Origin: Tubulanus polymorphus
Taxonomy: Eukaryota; Animalia; Nemertea
Direction: 5' to 3'
Length of the DNA: 64,000 bases
NCBI RefSeq assembly: GCF_964204645.1
Contig: NC_134036.1
Location: 8,346,812 to 8,410,811, forward strand
Shown: one piece after another, positions 41,834-54,712 of the stretch
Layout: every line of letters begins with the position of its first letter
Numbering within the stretch: the stretch's first letter is position 1
Notes under the pieces: generated by a model
Seen by the model: only the letters and a program-made list of their open reading frames with translations
Told to the model about the DNA's origin: nothing
Databases searched by the model: none
Program-made: the position numbers and the translations under genes

Positions 41834-43992
41834 TCGTTGGCGATTAGAGTTTCTAATGGGATATACTTGTGATGGTTTGGGAAATCCGATTATGAAACTG
41901 AACCGCAGTCAGGTAACTGACTGATTAGATCGTGTACGTAAAAAAGCTCGAATTGAATGTAAATTTTTAAACGTCAAATCTTGTGTTATATTAACATTCA
42001 ATACATCTGTGAGCAAATAAACAAATGATTGTTTATCTTTCGAGGGTGAATGGATTGTAAAGTGATCAATAGGATGCGCCGTTCCATTAGCGAAAAGGAA
42101 CATCAATCGTCTTTCGAATTTTCTCAAATCAATTTGTCATCCCTGGTTTACGACATCTCTCGTTTTTTAACTGGTATTCACATATTTTAGTCATTTTCTT
42201 GGAGAAAAACCGATTGATTCATGTTCAGAGATGTGCGACTATTTCTATCAACGATGAAAAAAGAATCACACGATACAGGTGGTTTTCAAAAAAACGATCA
42301 CTTGCTCTGTCTATGTGGTGGATTCTAAATGAGATTTTAATTTGCCGGTCCCGGGTAAGAAACGTTTGACAATATCATAACTGAACTATGTGAATGTTAT
42401 TACAAACTTGTTTATCACGGTTTATGTCGAAACACTGTCCGCTGTGATTACAAAAACCAGTTTTGTTTTTGAAACTTCAACCAGCGTATTATGTCGTTGA
42501 AACTAAGCTAAATGAAAAACTCATAGGCCTAAACAAATCATTTTCATCGAATAGTTTTCTAATACGTATACAACCGTATTCGAATGATTGAACTGTCTTG
42601 AACCATAATATATATACCACCTCCCGATAAACCCCTACCCTCGCCTAACGTGGGCAATATCAGCGCTGAATTTGAACTGCTCAATAAATTGAAGATATCA
42701 CAGAAATACCTTGTGTTGATGTTGTTTATTTATCCGCAATAAGGTTCCGATAAACAATCGGTCGTTTAGGATCATTATTAGGCGGTCGCGACGCCTTAAT
42801 ACATTACAGTAAAAAGGTTTAAACTGCTATGCTTTTGCCTGTGACCATATTGATGCGGCGAAACCCACTGCGCGTGTGCAGCTTATTCCGAACGCTGGTG
42901 AGCTGTCAATGAAAGTACATGTTATTATTGTTTTTATGTCCATTCAAAAATTAGTTATCTTATTAATATGATTGTTTGGCTAGACAGCGGTTTTGAGAAA
43001 AATCAATCAACTCCAGCTGATCGTGAAGTTCGGAATGTGCTGCGAGATATAATTGATACAGCATCCAAGGTTTGGAATCCAACATACGAACTACAACATG
43101 ACAATGTACAAGATCTATAGAAGGGTGCAGCTTAAGATTAACGTAACTAAAATTGCGCATCGTTTGCGCTTGAACGCATCGCGTTCCCGTTCATCGTTCA
43201 TATTAATACACATCGTGCAAATAATTTTATTTATAGTGACAACGCAGCGAATAAAGTGACTGAAATATTAGTTTCGGTGGCAGAAAACTCCTTAAGAAGG
43301 AGACGAAATGTATGTAAATTGCAATTGCAAATTTGTAAATCGTAAAGTATTTATGCAGGACGCCGAAGTTAGAAGAAAGCGTAGGATTTACAGAAAAGCC
43401 AAACGGAAATAATTCAATAATCGTACTGATCTTAAAAGAAACAGACTTAATACAACTTATAGAAATTATAAAAAAGCAATGAAAACAGAAGAAAACGAAA
43501 CAGCAAAATGAATATATCAAAGAAATAGCAAAAAGTGATCCAAAACCATTTGAGAAGTTTCTCTCCAAAGATAGAACTAACGACTGTAAGGCCTCTCTGG
43601 GTGACTTGTTAAATCATTTTTTTATGATTAACCAGGTCGAAGTAGGAAACGAAAATCCCAACCTCCTAAATGCAGACGACTTTTTCAAATTGAACGATGA
43701 CGCTTTAAACAGAACTATTACTATCGAAGAGATATCTAATTGCATAAAACGACTTAAAATAATTAATTCCCGGAAAATGATGAATTCTAAATGAATTCCT
43801 GAAAAATGCAGAAGACATTCTGATGCCTTCTTTAGTTTTACTTTTAAATAAGACACTGGAAACCGGCATTGTTCCAAAAAGGTGGTCTATAAGAATTATC
43901 TGCCCAATTTTCAAGAATAAGGGTGATCCTAGTGATCCAGATAACTATAGAGGAATAACTCATTTCAGCTGCCTCTTAATGGAGTTGTAGTA

Positions 43993-44830
43993 TTATGAAG
44001 ACGGTCTTCCCTCGAGAATCAGCTGTGTGTGTGTGCCCCTCTCCATAGAGCGGGACAGCACGTTGTTCCAGACGGCCGGGAGATGAAAACGGCCCCCGTC
44101 TTTGTTGAGAGAAGGGTGCAATGTACGGATGTAGATTGCTTCTTTGACACCTCTCCCAAACCATCTGGGTTCAACACCGAGAATCCTAACGTTGTCAATG
44201 TCAACTGTGTGACCCGGTTGGTCGACATGAAGGTGTTTCGACACCTCTGACGTAACGGAGCTGGGGCGTCTGTGTTCCCCGAATCTGGCTCTTAAGGATC
44301 GTTCGGTTTCACCTACGTACGAGTCACTACACTGTTCGCATTTGATATGATACACCGGACTCACTACTCTCGATTTATCCAGTTTGTCCTTAGGTCTAAC
44401 CAAAATCTGCCGTAGAGTGTTCATGGGTTTGAAGAACACCGGTACTCCGTATCGTTTCATAACCCGACGTAACTGTTCTGAGGTACCCTTAATGTATGGT
44501 ATCACGACGGGAGCGACTTTCCGCCTTTCGGATTGTGTAGCTTCCTTAGTATTATTAGCCGGTTTGCATGGGTTCGGTGACGTGATCCAGGCAGGATAGT
44601 CGTTAAAACTCAGAGCCTTCTTTACATGGTTGACCTCCTCTAACATATCCACTGGATCCGATACGACACTTTCCGCCCTGTGGTTCAACGTTCTCACAAC
44701 ACCCTTCTTGTGTTCTAGGGGGTGGTTGCTATTGAAGTTCAGGTACTGGTCGGTATGAGTGTCTTTCCTGTATTCTCTCGTACGGATAGTGTGGTCACTG
44801 TTTACCACCGATAGCGTGTCTAAGAACGCA
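43993..44830 (-). pseudogene. Penelope RT C-terminus plus GIY-YIG endonuclease
   Basis: FLD..YRKDTHTDQYLNFNSNHP; VYHIKCEQCSDSYVGETERSLRARFGEH; KEAIYI..LNKDGG. Confidence 0.9.
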
Positions 44831-45073
44831 ATAGATCGTTCCGTCCTACTGTCACCACCATCGTCAATACTCGGTAAAACATTGACCGACAGCACACACA
44901 GCTGATTCTCGAGGGAAGACCGGAATCCCGGATGACGTCAGCAGTGACATCATCAGTGTGATCAAGCCTGTAGAAACAGGCGAAAGCTAACAAGTAAGTT
45001 TCGCTAAATATTCGGAGTTCCTACGGTTCAAATTAGGATACTATTCATGTTAACCGAATGAACATACATCAAC
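44004..45073 (-). mobile_element. 5'-truncated Penelope-like retroelement with inverted body, pLTR and 14-bp TSD
   Basis: GTATTATGAAGACG at 43990-44003 and 45074-45087; inverted repeat of CACACAGCTGATTCTCGAGGGAAGACCG at ~44002-44035 and 44892-44922. Confidence 0.88.
44950..44990 (+). ncRNA. Hammerhead-ribozyme-like motif in the Penelope pLTR (variant core)
   Basis: GTGATCA-A-GCCTGT-AGAA-ACAGGC-GAAA: stem II plus GAAA box; 5' box deviates from CTGANGA. Confidence 0.5.
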
Positions 45074-48000
45074 GTATTATGAAGACGTTTAGGATATATA
45101 TATATATTATTGGGCTTTCATGAATTATACTAATAAAGCTTTCGGGAACATAGTAGTAGGGTTCAGTTATCAGCGGTTAAACAATATCAACAAGTAGTGC
45201 ATGGAAGCTGGTGTTCATGGCCAGTATTGCAGTGTCAGACAACGTGCGTGGATATGTACATACATGAACATAGATAGAAATTATATTAATAAACAAGTGT
45301 GGAAGTGACGTATGTATCTACGTATAGGTAAACCAAATATGGTACGGCCATGGACCCCGTTGAATCCAAAAGTATATTTTTAGAAAATTGTGACGTGTGC
45401 AGACACGTCATCGCCCATATATGGATGGGAGGAATGTTGTGACGCATGAATACGTCACAAGCCATGAATTCCAAGCCATATGTGGAAGAGGATCTGCACA
45501 CGTTACACAAGAGAAATTAATATAAATAGGGAGGTTTTTGTAAGCACGAGTAGGGAGCTCCGGGGAATGATCTGTATACATCTAGTAAGAAGAATAAACG
45601 AAAGATAACTTTAGCCATTGTTAAGTTATTTCTGGAGCCGTGTAGAAGTCAAGACCAAGGACGGAGATCTGATCTAAGAGAGTGTCCTCGCAACATTATC
45701 TAGAAGAATTATTACCACGACGCTAGTTGGACAACCCAATCCGGATTCACAGCATTGGAAGATACGGACCATAACATAGGTGGAGTTCCATACCCGCAAC
45801 ATTGGTGGAGTAGAAAACATAACCACAACCACAGTAGAGTACTGCGATACCTGTATATTAATAATTAACACAACCAGAACAAAAGCTATGGTCTTTGAAA
45901 ACCTGTGTTTCTAATCAGAGGGTCTGCAATAGAAACGGTATCAGAGTTTAAATACCTTGGAATAATTTTTAGTTACACTGATAATTTTGCAAAAGTGCGG
46001 GAAATCTGTTTGCGAAAATGCAAAAAAGGCACTCTATTATGTCATTAAAAAGGTAGAACGATATGCTCTGGATGTCGATATAGCCTTTCGGTTATTCGAT
46101 GCACTAGTCGCCCCCATCCTTTCCTTTGGTAGCGAGGTCTGGGGTTTTGCAAATCCTACACAAATAGAACGTAAGCTTATACACCTAATGTTCTGTAAAT
46201 ATATTCTAAAATTAAAGCGCTCTACGCCAAACTGTATGGTATATGGAGAAACTGGACGTTTTCCAATAGAAATTCAAGTAAAACTTATAGTAGTTGAATT
46301 TTGTGCCTACCTTATTTTACACGAAAAGACCAATTTTGGGAAGATGCACCGTATTGTAAACAAAAATCACCTGAACAATAAGCCTTGCGAATGGACTAGT
46401 TACGTTCAATCCAATATGAAAAGTGTGGTTTAGCTTACGTCTGGTATGAACAAAATTTCCCCAACGTTAATTATTTGATGGAATCAACGAAAATTAGATT
46501 TCAAGATCAATGTAGACAAGATTGCCGTCAAAACTTAGAAAATTCGTCAAAGCTAGATACTTATAACATTGTAAAACCAGAATGGGGTATGGAAACATGT
46601 TCACTCTCACTTTTCCTAATCTGAGAATAACACTGATAAAATTCCGATGCTCGAACCATGCCTTACCCATATAAATAGGCAGATACGTAAATATACCGAG
46701 AGGAGAACGAATTTGTACCAGATGTAACCTAAACAAAATCGGTGTCGAGTATCATGTTGTTTTGGAGTGTAGTTTCTTTGAAGAACTCCGTATACTATAT
46801 ATATTTGCAAATTTTTATGAAAACCCGAATCTTCATAAATTCTCGCTGCTATTTAGTTCAAAAGACATGACTGTGGTGCGTAATTTATCTATTTTTCTGA
46901 AGAAACTAAACGAGCTTTATCAACTCTAAGTAGTAAACACCGAATTTAAACCGGAACCCTTAAACTGTAATTTGTATATACGTATGTATGCATGTGAAAA
47001 TAATGTACCCGGTATTTTCTTTTCTGTGCTCGAAATTTTGTAAAAGAAAATGGAGCAATAAAGATAATAATAATAAAATAAACAAACATTGCACTGAATA
47101 TGTGGGTTAGAGGCATACGATGTGATAACTAGAGATCAACTCCTACTAGAATTATGCTCTCTTCCATTGACAAATTATGCCATACAAGGTTATATTGAAA
47201 ATGACACTTGCACGCTGGACATAGATTATCATAGAACTAATTATCAATGATATTGAATGATATGGTTAAGATGAAATCAATCCTGCTGTTCATACCCACA
47301 TGTAACACAGCTGCATTGCAATACCAGTTTTGTCATTTTTTTCGGAATGATATTTAGGACAGCCATAGACTGGGCCTACTGCTTTACAAATGGAGCGAAT
47401 TTAAATGATTTATTGTTCACTGCAACTGAGCATATATTCACGCTCATCATGCATTCGAGCATCCATTTTCCAATTCTTAGGAAGCCAAATTTTGAAAGAG
47501 GGCCTCGTTAAAATTTACAGGAAACCTAAAAATATTGGTTCAAAAAATCAAATCAGAGAGCGAAATCTCTTCTGATTAGATGCTTATTGCAAATTCAATT
47601 AAATTTTATTCGGCGAGAAAACATCTAATTCAATTTTATTCTATCAAACAAAATACATCCAATTTTTTTTAAATGTTTTATGACTAAATTATCTATTATT
47701 TATAACAACTAAACTATTAATAACAATTTTAACTTATTGAAGAATTATTAGAAATGTTTATAAATTCTACCCATCTCATGCTCAACCTACTATTCTAATC
47801 ATTCACAATGCTATTTGTAAATAGGCGTAAACTTCAGTAGCCATGCATAACCCTAGTTACACATCAAGCCCTCTTTGACATTTGGGCAAGGAATACTGTT
47901 TTCTCGTATATTGAATTGTATCTTACTAGAATGGTATATCATTCAATCTTTTACCTTTAGGTTCTGAACTTCTTGGCAAAGAAGACGATGACCATAATGA

Positions 48001-48867
48001 AGATGCATTAAGATCTGATGATGACTTGCTTCACGGAGAAAAACCATAAATATGGTTAGATCTACCATTTTCAAAGGGATTATGTTTTTCTCATCATGTA
48101 ATCATTTTTGGCTGTTATGTTCTATGTGTCATGTGGTTTATAATGATTTGTATTAAATTTGATAATTATTTGTATTAAATTTGTATGATTTGAATTTAAC
48201 GTTTTACTTCAGTCAGAAAAACCATCAACCTGGTTGTGCCTGAATGTGCCTTTTTCATCCTTGTAAGGAAGTTATTTTTTATTTCTTCATCATCTTGTAA
48301 TATTTGACTGTAGGGAGGTTTATATGAGGTTATTATGTACGGAAGTGATAAGGGTCATTTCGACATATATCATGATGTTTTGATAGTTTTAACGTTTTCA
48401 TTTTATCGCCAATTTTCCTTGTAACAAGGCGACATTCATGACGAAACTAAGCTGTCATCATATTTCTGGGGTCTTCACCTTATTTCGGCATGTCATCAAA
48501 TGTAGATTTGTGTTGATGATAAGACAATGATCGCAATGATGAAGCAGCATTACGGTCAGATGACAATTTTGTTGTATATGAAGTTGACATTTGCTTTACG
48601 CAGAAAAGTCATAAACCTGTTTTAATATCTGGGTTTACAGCTTGTAAGATTTTATCTACGTGGATAAGGAGATAATTGTTATTTCTTGACGCATGATATT
48701 TCTGAAAGTAGTTTTATTTTCTTGTAAGTTCAAAAGGTATGTAACAAACATATTTGGGTGACATGTGGCCTTGGGCCACTTTCTAATCAAATATTGAATT
48801 ACTGCAGCCTGTAAGAATCTGTAGAGCTACCAATCTACTCTTGATTTTCAGTTTTTGTTACCATTTT

Positions 48868-49033
48868 ATAATGAGAGTAATTAGATAAGTTTTGTTTGAG
48901 ATCAAAGGTCGAAAGTTCGAGCTCATAAAAAATAAAAATAAATTCTCACACGCTCGAATTTATTTTTATTTTTTACTCACTCAACTTTTCAACCTATAAT
49001 CCGAAACAAGACTTATCTAATTACTCTCATTAT
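48868..49033. mobile_element. 166-bp fold-back MITE
   Basis: ATAATGAGAGTAATTAGATAAGT / ACTTATCTAATTACTCTCATTAT and inner AAAAAATAAAAATAAATTC / GAATTTATTTTTATTTTTT. Confidence 0.8.
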
Positions 49034-49119
49034 TTTAATATGGTCATATTTCTCTTTGTTTTTTATGGTCAATAATTAGTTCCCTACATCGTGCTTTCTG
49101 GTAATATTTGTAGAGTATC

Positions 49120-50265
49120 CAATTAAGTACCATTTGAAAATAATTATAAGATAGACAATTATCCTGTTAGAATTAAAAATATTCCAAAAATAGGAAGAGA
49201 TAATAATGTGAAAATAAATGTATTTGATTCAGTCAAATTACCAAACACAAAAGGTAACAATATTAAACATTATATATTAGAACCTTTGTGTTTATCAAAC
49301 GATTATGATTCAAATGGTGTTATAGATATATTACATTTTGAGAATCATTATATGTGGATAAAACGAATTGATTTATTTTTTAAATCAAATTCTTATATTA
49401 AAATATATCTATGTGGAAAATGTATAACTAAATTCAGTAATGAAAGTGCATTATTAAATCATAAACTATTATGTGATAATCATGATTATTGTAAATTAAT
49501 TTTACCAAATCAAAAAAATAAAATATTAGAATTCAAAAAATTTGATTACAAAAATAAAGTACCATTTTTAGTATATAAAGATCTTGAATCATTAAACAAA
49601 GAACAAACTGATCAAGATAGAAAGGAAATACATTATAAAAGAAATTAAATTCTAATGAAAATGATTTTTCAGAAGAACCACCAATAACAAATACTATCAA
49701 AAGATTCATCAAAGTGCTGCAGCTTTTGTATTATATATAAAATCAGACTATCCAGGATTAATTAAAAGTGAATATCATTATTATAGAAATGAAAATGTTA
49801 TTAATAATTTTTGTGACTTATTAATTGAATATCAAATGAAATTTAGTAAATTGTTAAATGAAAATGAAAAAATTATAATGAATGAAGTAGATAAATGAGA
49901 ATTTGAGTTTGCAGATAAATGTTATTATTGTGAAAAACAATTTGATATTAAAGATAAAAAAGTTCATGATCATTGGAATGGTAAATTTAGAGGTGCAGCA
50001 CATGAGAATTGTTACCTACAAGCAAAGAAAATCAATTTTGTTCCAGTTATATTTCATAATTTATCAGGATATGATGCTCATTCATTTATCAAACAGCTAT
50101 GTAATAAAATAGAAGAAATCAATGATGAAATAGAAAGATTAAATTCAAATAGATCAAAATGTTGCTAAAATACCAACTTATAAATTTAAAATGTTAGCCA
50201 AAACATCTAAGAATTATTTATCTTTCAAATTTGGATGTCTAAGATTTATAGATTCAAATAGATTC
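49120..50265 (+). pseudogene. Polinton protein-primed DNA polymerase B fragment (N-terminal, EndoVII-like and exonuclease region)
   Basis: KINVF..HYMWIK..YLCGKC..LLNHKLLC..VPFLVYKDLES; CYYCEK..KVHDH..GKFRGAAHENC..VPVIFHNLSGYDAH; LRFIDSNRF. Confidence 0.85.
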
Positions 50266-51731
50266 ATATACATTTTGGAATTCGTGTACATTAACTTCAG
50301 TCTTGCCAATAACAGTTATGTAAAACAAGTAATTCATATTCGAACGAGTCAACGATCAAGATGTGATTTCTTTCCTTTTTCGAAACGGTATTCTAATGAT
50401 CGCTTTGAAAATCATCATCGACAAATCATAAACAGTTAACAATCCGATCATTGATTTATTTACTCGCAGTTTTATTGGATCTACTTATATATTACACAAG
50501 ATTTGACGACTCACGAAATACATATAGATTCAATTCGAGCTTTTCCTTTATGTCCACATCTTGGCCAGTAAGTCGGTCGTGGTTCAGTTTTATAGTCGGA
50601 TATTTCCCGAACGCCGCAGGTATATCCGATAATAAACCCTTTTCACCGACGATTATTTGCACAAACCGGCGTCACAATTGTTGCTGCAACAATCAGAACT
50701 AAGGAGACAATAGTCATTTTTTCTCTTGCAATTTGGATTTCCTGAAGATATGAAAATTAAATTTTGAAGTGAATCGCTGTTTTACTTGAATAGAAGAAAC
50801 ATTAAAATCCGAACGGATGTACGCATAGGACCGGCAATGATCCAGACAAAATGAACGATGGATGACCCTCCCTCGTTCACGTTCGAATGAATCTATGCGG
50901 GAATTTACGAAATACGTGCATTTAAGAATTAAACCTCATGTTAATCGAATAGTTAATTTTTGTCAGAATATCAATACCGCGTATCATCTCTGAAATTGTA
51001 TCCGTCAAATCAATACGCGCAATCGATAAAAATACTACATAAGACTCCGCCTAAATCGGTGCCGGTCTACCCGGCTATCCGGCAAATGAAAACAAGATTT
51101 CCGTTTGCTAGTGTTTTTTTTTCAATACAAAAAGATCGCCTAGTCCGGTATCGCTCTATTCGGTAATCCGCCTTAACTGGTATAATTTAGGCCAAAGTCT
51201 GCGTCTAAACCGTGACGGCTTTTCACCTGAAATACTATATGTGTTATAAAATACTATCAATTTTCTCTCTCTGTTCGTGGGCCATATGCTACTATTACTG
51301 CAGATTCATGACCTAAATTGGCAATAGTTTTCATAATGATTGTGCATCACGAGGAAACAATCGAAACTGATGAAAGTGTTTCGAAATGCAATAGAACGTA
51401 TAACGTCAAGTCACAGGCACTCGCCGATAGGCTTGGGTAACAGTTCCTGAAGTCATTGATAATGTATATGTGTTTCTGAGTGGTTATTCTGCGCAATAAA
51501 TCGGAAAAAATTGTTTTGCTACTGATTGATACGTTCAAAAAGAAAATGGCCGCCAGCTCCACACACGGCGAGATCTCAAAATACTAACACACCGAGAACC
51601 ACCTAATTCGGTAGAAAATTGCCACAACTGTTTGCCCGTTTACAGAGGCAGAGTCTACTGTATATAGCACGTGGAATTGATGTTTTTCGTAGAATCCTAT
51701 CAAATCGTGTATAATGACCCCAGTTACTTAC

Positions 51732-51807
51732 GTGCATCTATAACTGCTGCGGCACTGATCACAATCATAACAATAGCACATACGCGAGTCATTAAATAAG
51801 CAAGCAT
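51732..51807 (-). CDS. Signal-peptide exon of knottin-family paralog 2 (downstream exon unresolved)
   Basis: MLAYLMTRVCAIVMIVISAAAVIDA-C|GTAAGT, phase 1; upstream acceptor TTCTAG|ACACGGAAATG. Confidence 0.75.
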
Positions 51808-53841
51808 TTCCGTGTCTAGAATTATAAAATGTTTTAAAATTAAAATGTTTTATTACTAACTGACATTTAGGGTAATCAATATCATATTTCGATATGCTCC
51901 TATCAAATCCAGCAGAAAAGCATTTTGGCAGATTATGGTACCAGTCATGCTGCTTTAGGAAAATTTTAGCTGTTATTAGATATAGTAAAAATCAACGATA
52001 ACGGGTTTTTTGCGTTGCTAGTTTGAATACCATACATTGAAGCGTACAGCGCTCGTCAAACTCATCAAAAGTAGTCTGATAATCATTGTTTTAAACAGTA
52101 ATTAATGGATTAATCTGGGATGTTCCGCTTGTAATATTAGATTAATATAAAATGGCACACGCCGTACATTTTGAAGTCAGCTAACGTTCTGTTGCTGGGT
52201 GTTTCTCTCGGACAAGTTTCTGTCCGTATGAATATGATTATTGATTCATTTTCTGTCCCAATAATGTTCTCATTTCAATTATGAGAATGTATGTTATTAA
52301 TCTTGTATATGCAGCTCAAGGTAAACTGCATCAGTTAAGATCAGGACCCAAGAATATCGCATTAAGCTATTAAACAAAAGATTGCACGAATAAAACACAT
52401 TTATAATAACTAGGAAAATATTTTTAAGTAGGAATACATTTTTCCTTTTTCGTATCGTTCGAGCAATCCGAAGTAAGTTCATCTAAGCCTGGAACTTGGG
52501 TGCATATGCAAATGAAGGCAGGACACAGAAACATTAATAATGAAAAATAAAAACTCATCTGTGAGTTCACATAAAATAACCGTAAATTAAAGTCAAAGCT
52601 TCATATGTTTAGTGTTATGGATATGGTAAAATATTACAAAATCAATTTGATGAAAAATAATCAACCTATTTTTTACTTAATATATTTTGCCTTATCCATT
52701 TCTATAAGCTATAAAACTACCGTAAATCATAGTCAAAGCTTCAAATGTATCGCACTAGACAAGCGTCAAGTTGAATCTTACTCATTTAGTGAAAAATAAT
52801 CTAACCTATTTTACTTATGTATTTTGCATTTAGTCTATGTCTTATATAAACGTTTGATGATAAAATATGAAGAATTAAATATTTCGTCGCCGGGCTTACC
52901 TTAGTAGCCTCTACCGATGGAGTAAAATTTTGAAATGAAATTTTGAAATTAACGAAACACCGTTATCGAAACCTTATATCGGTGTTTTGTTAAGTAGAGT
53001 CGATTCGCAGCCGGCTCTTTAAAATCGATCCACGCGCATTACTATTTACTCTCACTGAGCCATAAGTATTATCTCACGAGCAACCATTGTATTCAATGAG
53101 CTATCGCCTTTCGTAATTTCTGAATGTTTAATATTTCATATGTTATTCCAATACTATTGCTAATGTACTGTGCATGCATAGAACGCATCTTTCTGACGAG
53201 TAACGGTCTCAGATGCGGTACCCGCAAAATCAGCTATCCCACCTATCCGTAACCATGCAACAGTAGGTCGATTGTTATATCTTATTAAGACAAGTTAATT
53301 TTTTTCTGTAATTGTAAACATTGTATGACTTATAGAAGTCTCCCTTCATGTACCATACAAATGACTCCTCAATCCTTATATTATCACAACACTCCCTAAA
53401 TGAGATATGTTCATTCTTTTACTCGGATATCAGTTAAGTTGTCATATTAACTGAATCATTTAAGTGAAAAGTTCATTTAGATTCAACTGAAATGCAGAAA
53501 AAAATCGAACACGAGAACGAAAGTGTTAAAGTCATGTAGCAAATAACCTAAACACTTAAAACAATTATCTCAAATGAATCTGTGTAGAAACCTGGATATA
53601 TATATTTTTGCGGTAATTGGGCAACGAGCATTGTTTCTGGAAACTGAATTTTCTCGAACTGTCCTGTGAGGCACAGTTCAGTCCTCGGTAACTTGGAAGA
53701 CATACGTGAGTTTGCTTTTTTGTGCGCCTTTTGCGTTCTTTTCCTATTTGTGTAGGTTTTACTAAAAGTTCACACTATGCAAATATACGTTTTCACTTAA
53801 AAGTATATGTTTATTGATTCATACACTCAAGTGTGAAAAGA

Positions 53842-54091
53842 AGTAATGGGAAAGTTAGGGTTCCGAGCTAAAGGACGAACGAGTCCTACCCGGTCTTCGC
53901 TTACCCATTTTTTTAAATTGATTAAAATTTAACAATAATTAGATAAAAATGCACCTAAACCACTAGCTTGTTAATCTAGTGTTTTTTTTCATCTAATTCT
54001 TGTTAAATTCAATTTAATTTTAAAAAGTGAGTTCGAATTGGTAGGACCCGTCCTTCGTCCTTTGGGCCGAGACCCTAAGTTTCCCATTACT
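53842..54091. mobile_element. 250-bp MITE with ~50-bp imperfect TIRs
   Basis: AGTAATGGGAAAGTTAGGG..AAAGGACGAA..GTCCTACC / GGTAGGAC..TTCGTCCTTT..CCCTAAGTTTCCCATTACT. Confidence 0.75.
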
Positions 54092-54328
54092 GAAATACCA
54101 GGTGAACTCATCGATTATGCGATTCGGTAAAGAAGCGCGATATCCTGACATAATGTAGTAGTATGCATATAAATAGATACTGATCATCTGCACTTCACAC
54201 GTGAGACTTTCCGGATACATTTCAAATAACAAAATGAACGAAGAACACTGCACAGAAATGTTACTTAGATAAACTTTTAAAACTGATCTTCATAATAATT
54301 ATATTATTCGTGCTATATATTCGACTTA

Positions 54329-54712
54329 TAACGCGTTCTCAAATGTTTTGATACTTTCTCAGTTTGTATCAAAAATATTGCTGATTTTAGGTCCTGAAAG
54401 TCCTGAAAAATGATAAATTTACAGTGTAAAATCGTACAAACGTGTCATCTATACCACAAAACACTTTATTTCCTGACCAATTTATGATGTTTTGTGTGGG
54501 CCATAAACCTCAATATCTGCCTGTGATCTCAACTTTCAATTAAGATTACGTAAGCTACTCGTGCCCAAAACGCGGCAGGCGCACAATAGAAAGTTACGCG
54601 CAGGGTACTTTTATTGTCGCCGACATAGAGGACCGATATTTTGCTAATTGGATTCGGGAGGTTTAAACCTCCCAAGGTCAATTTACTAAAATTGTGACCT
54701 TCAGGGAGATTC
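54329..54712. repeat. ~380-bp repeat, inverted copy at ~60282-60660
   Basis: Shared palindrome GGGAGGTTTAAACCTCCC and hairpin TTTTGATAC..GTATCAAAA. Confidence 0.85.

Larger units (their letters stand above)
43270..47085 (+). mobile_element. Decayed RTE-X-like LINE, split by an insertion (pieces ~43270-43975 and ~45862-47085)
   Basis: [49 protein letters not shown]; then FKYLG, GSEVWG, MVYGETGRFP, FRCSNHALPI.IGR..ERICTRC..H..C; 3' AATAAA plus (TAA)n tail; RT core absent. Confidence 0.8.

Noticed and set aside
47960-48840. Possible decayed minus-strand coding exon
   Set aside because: Multiple stops and no recognisable domain
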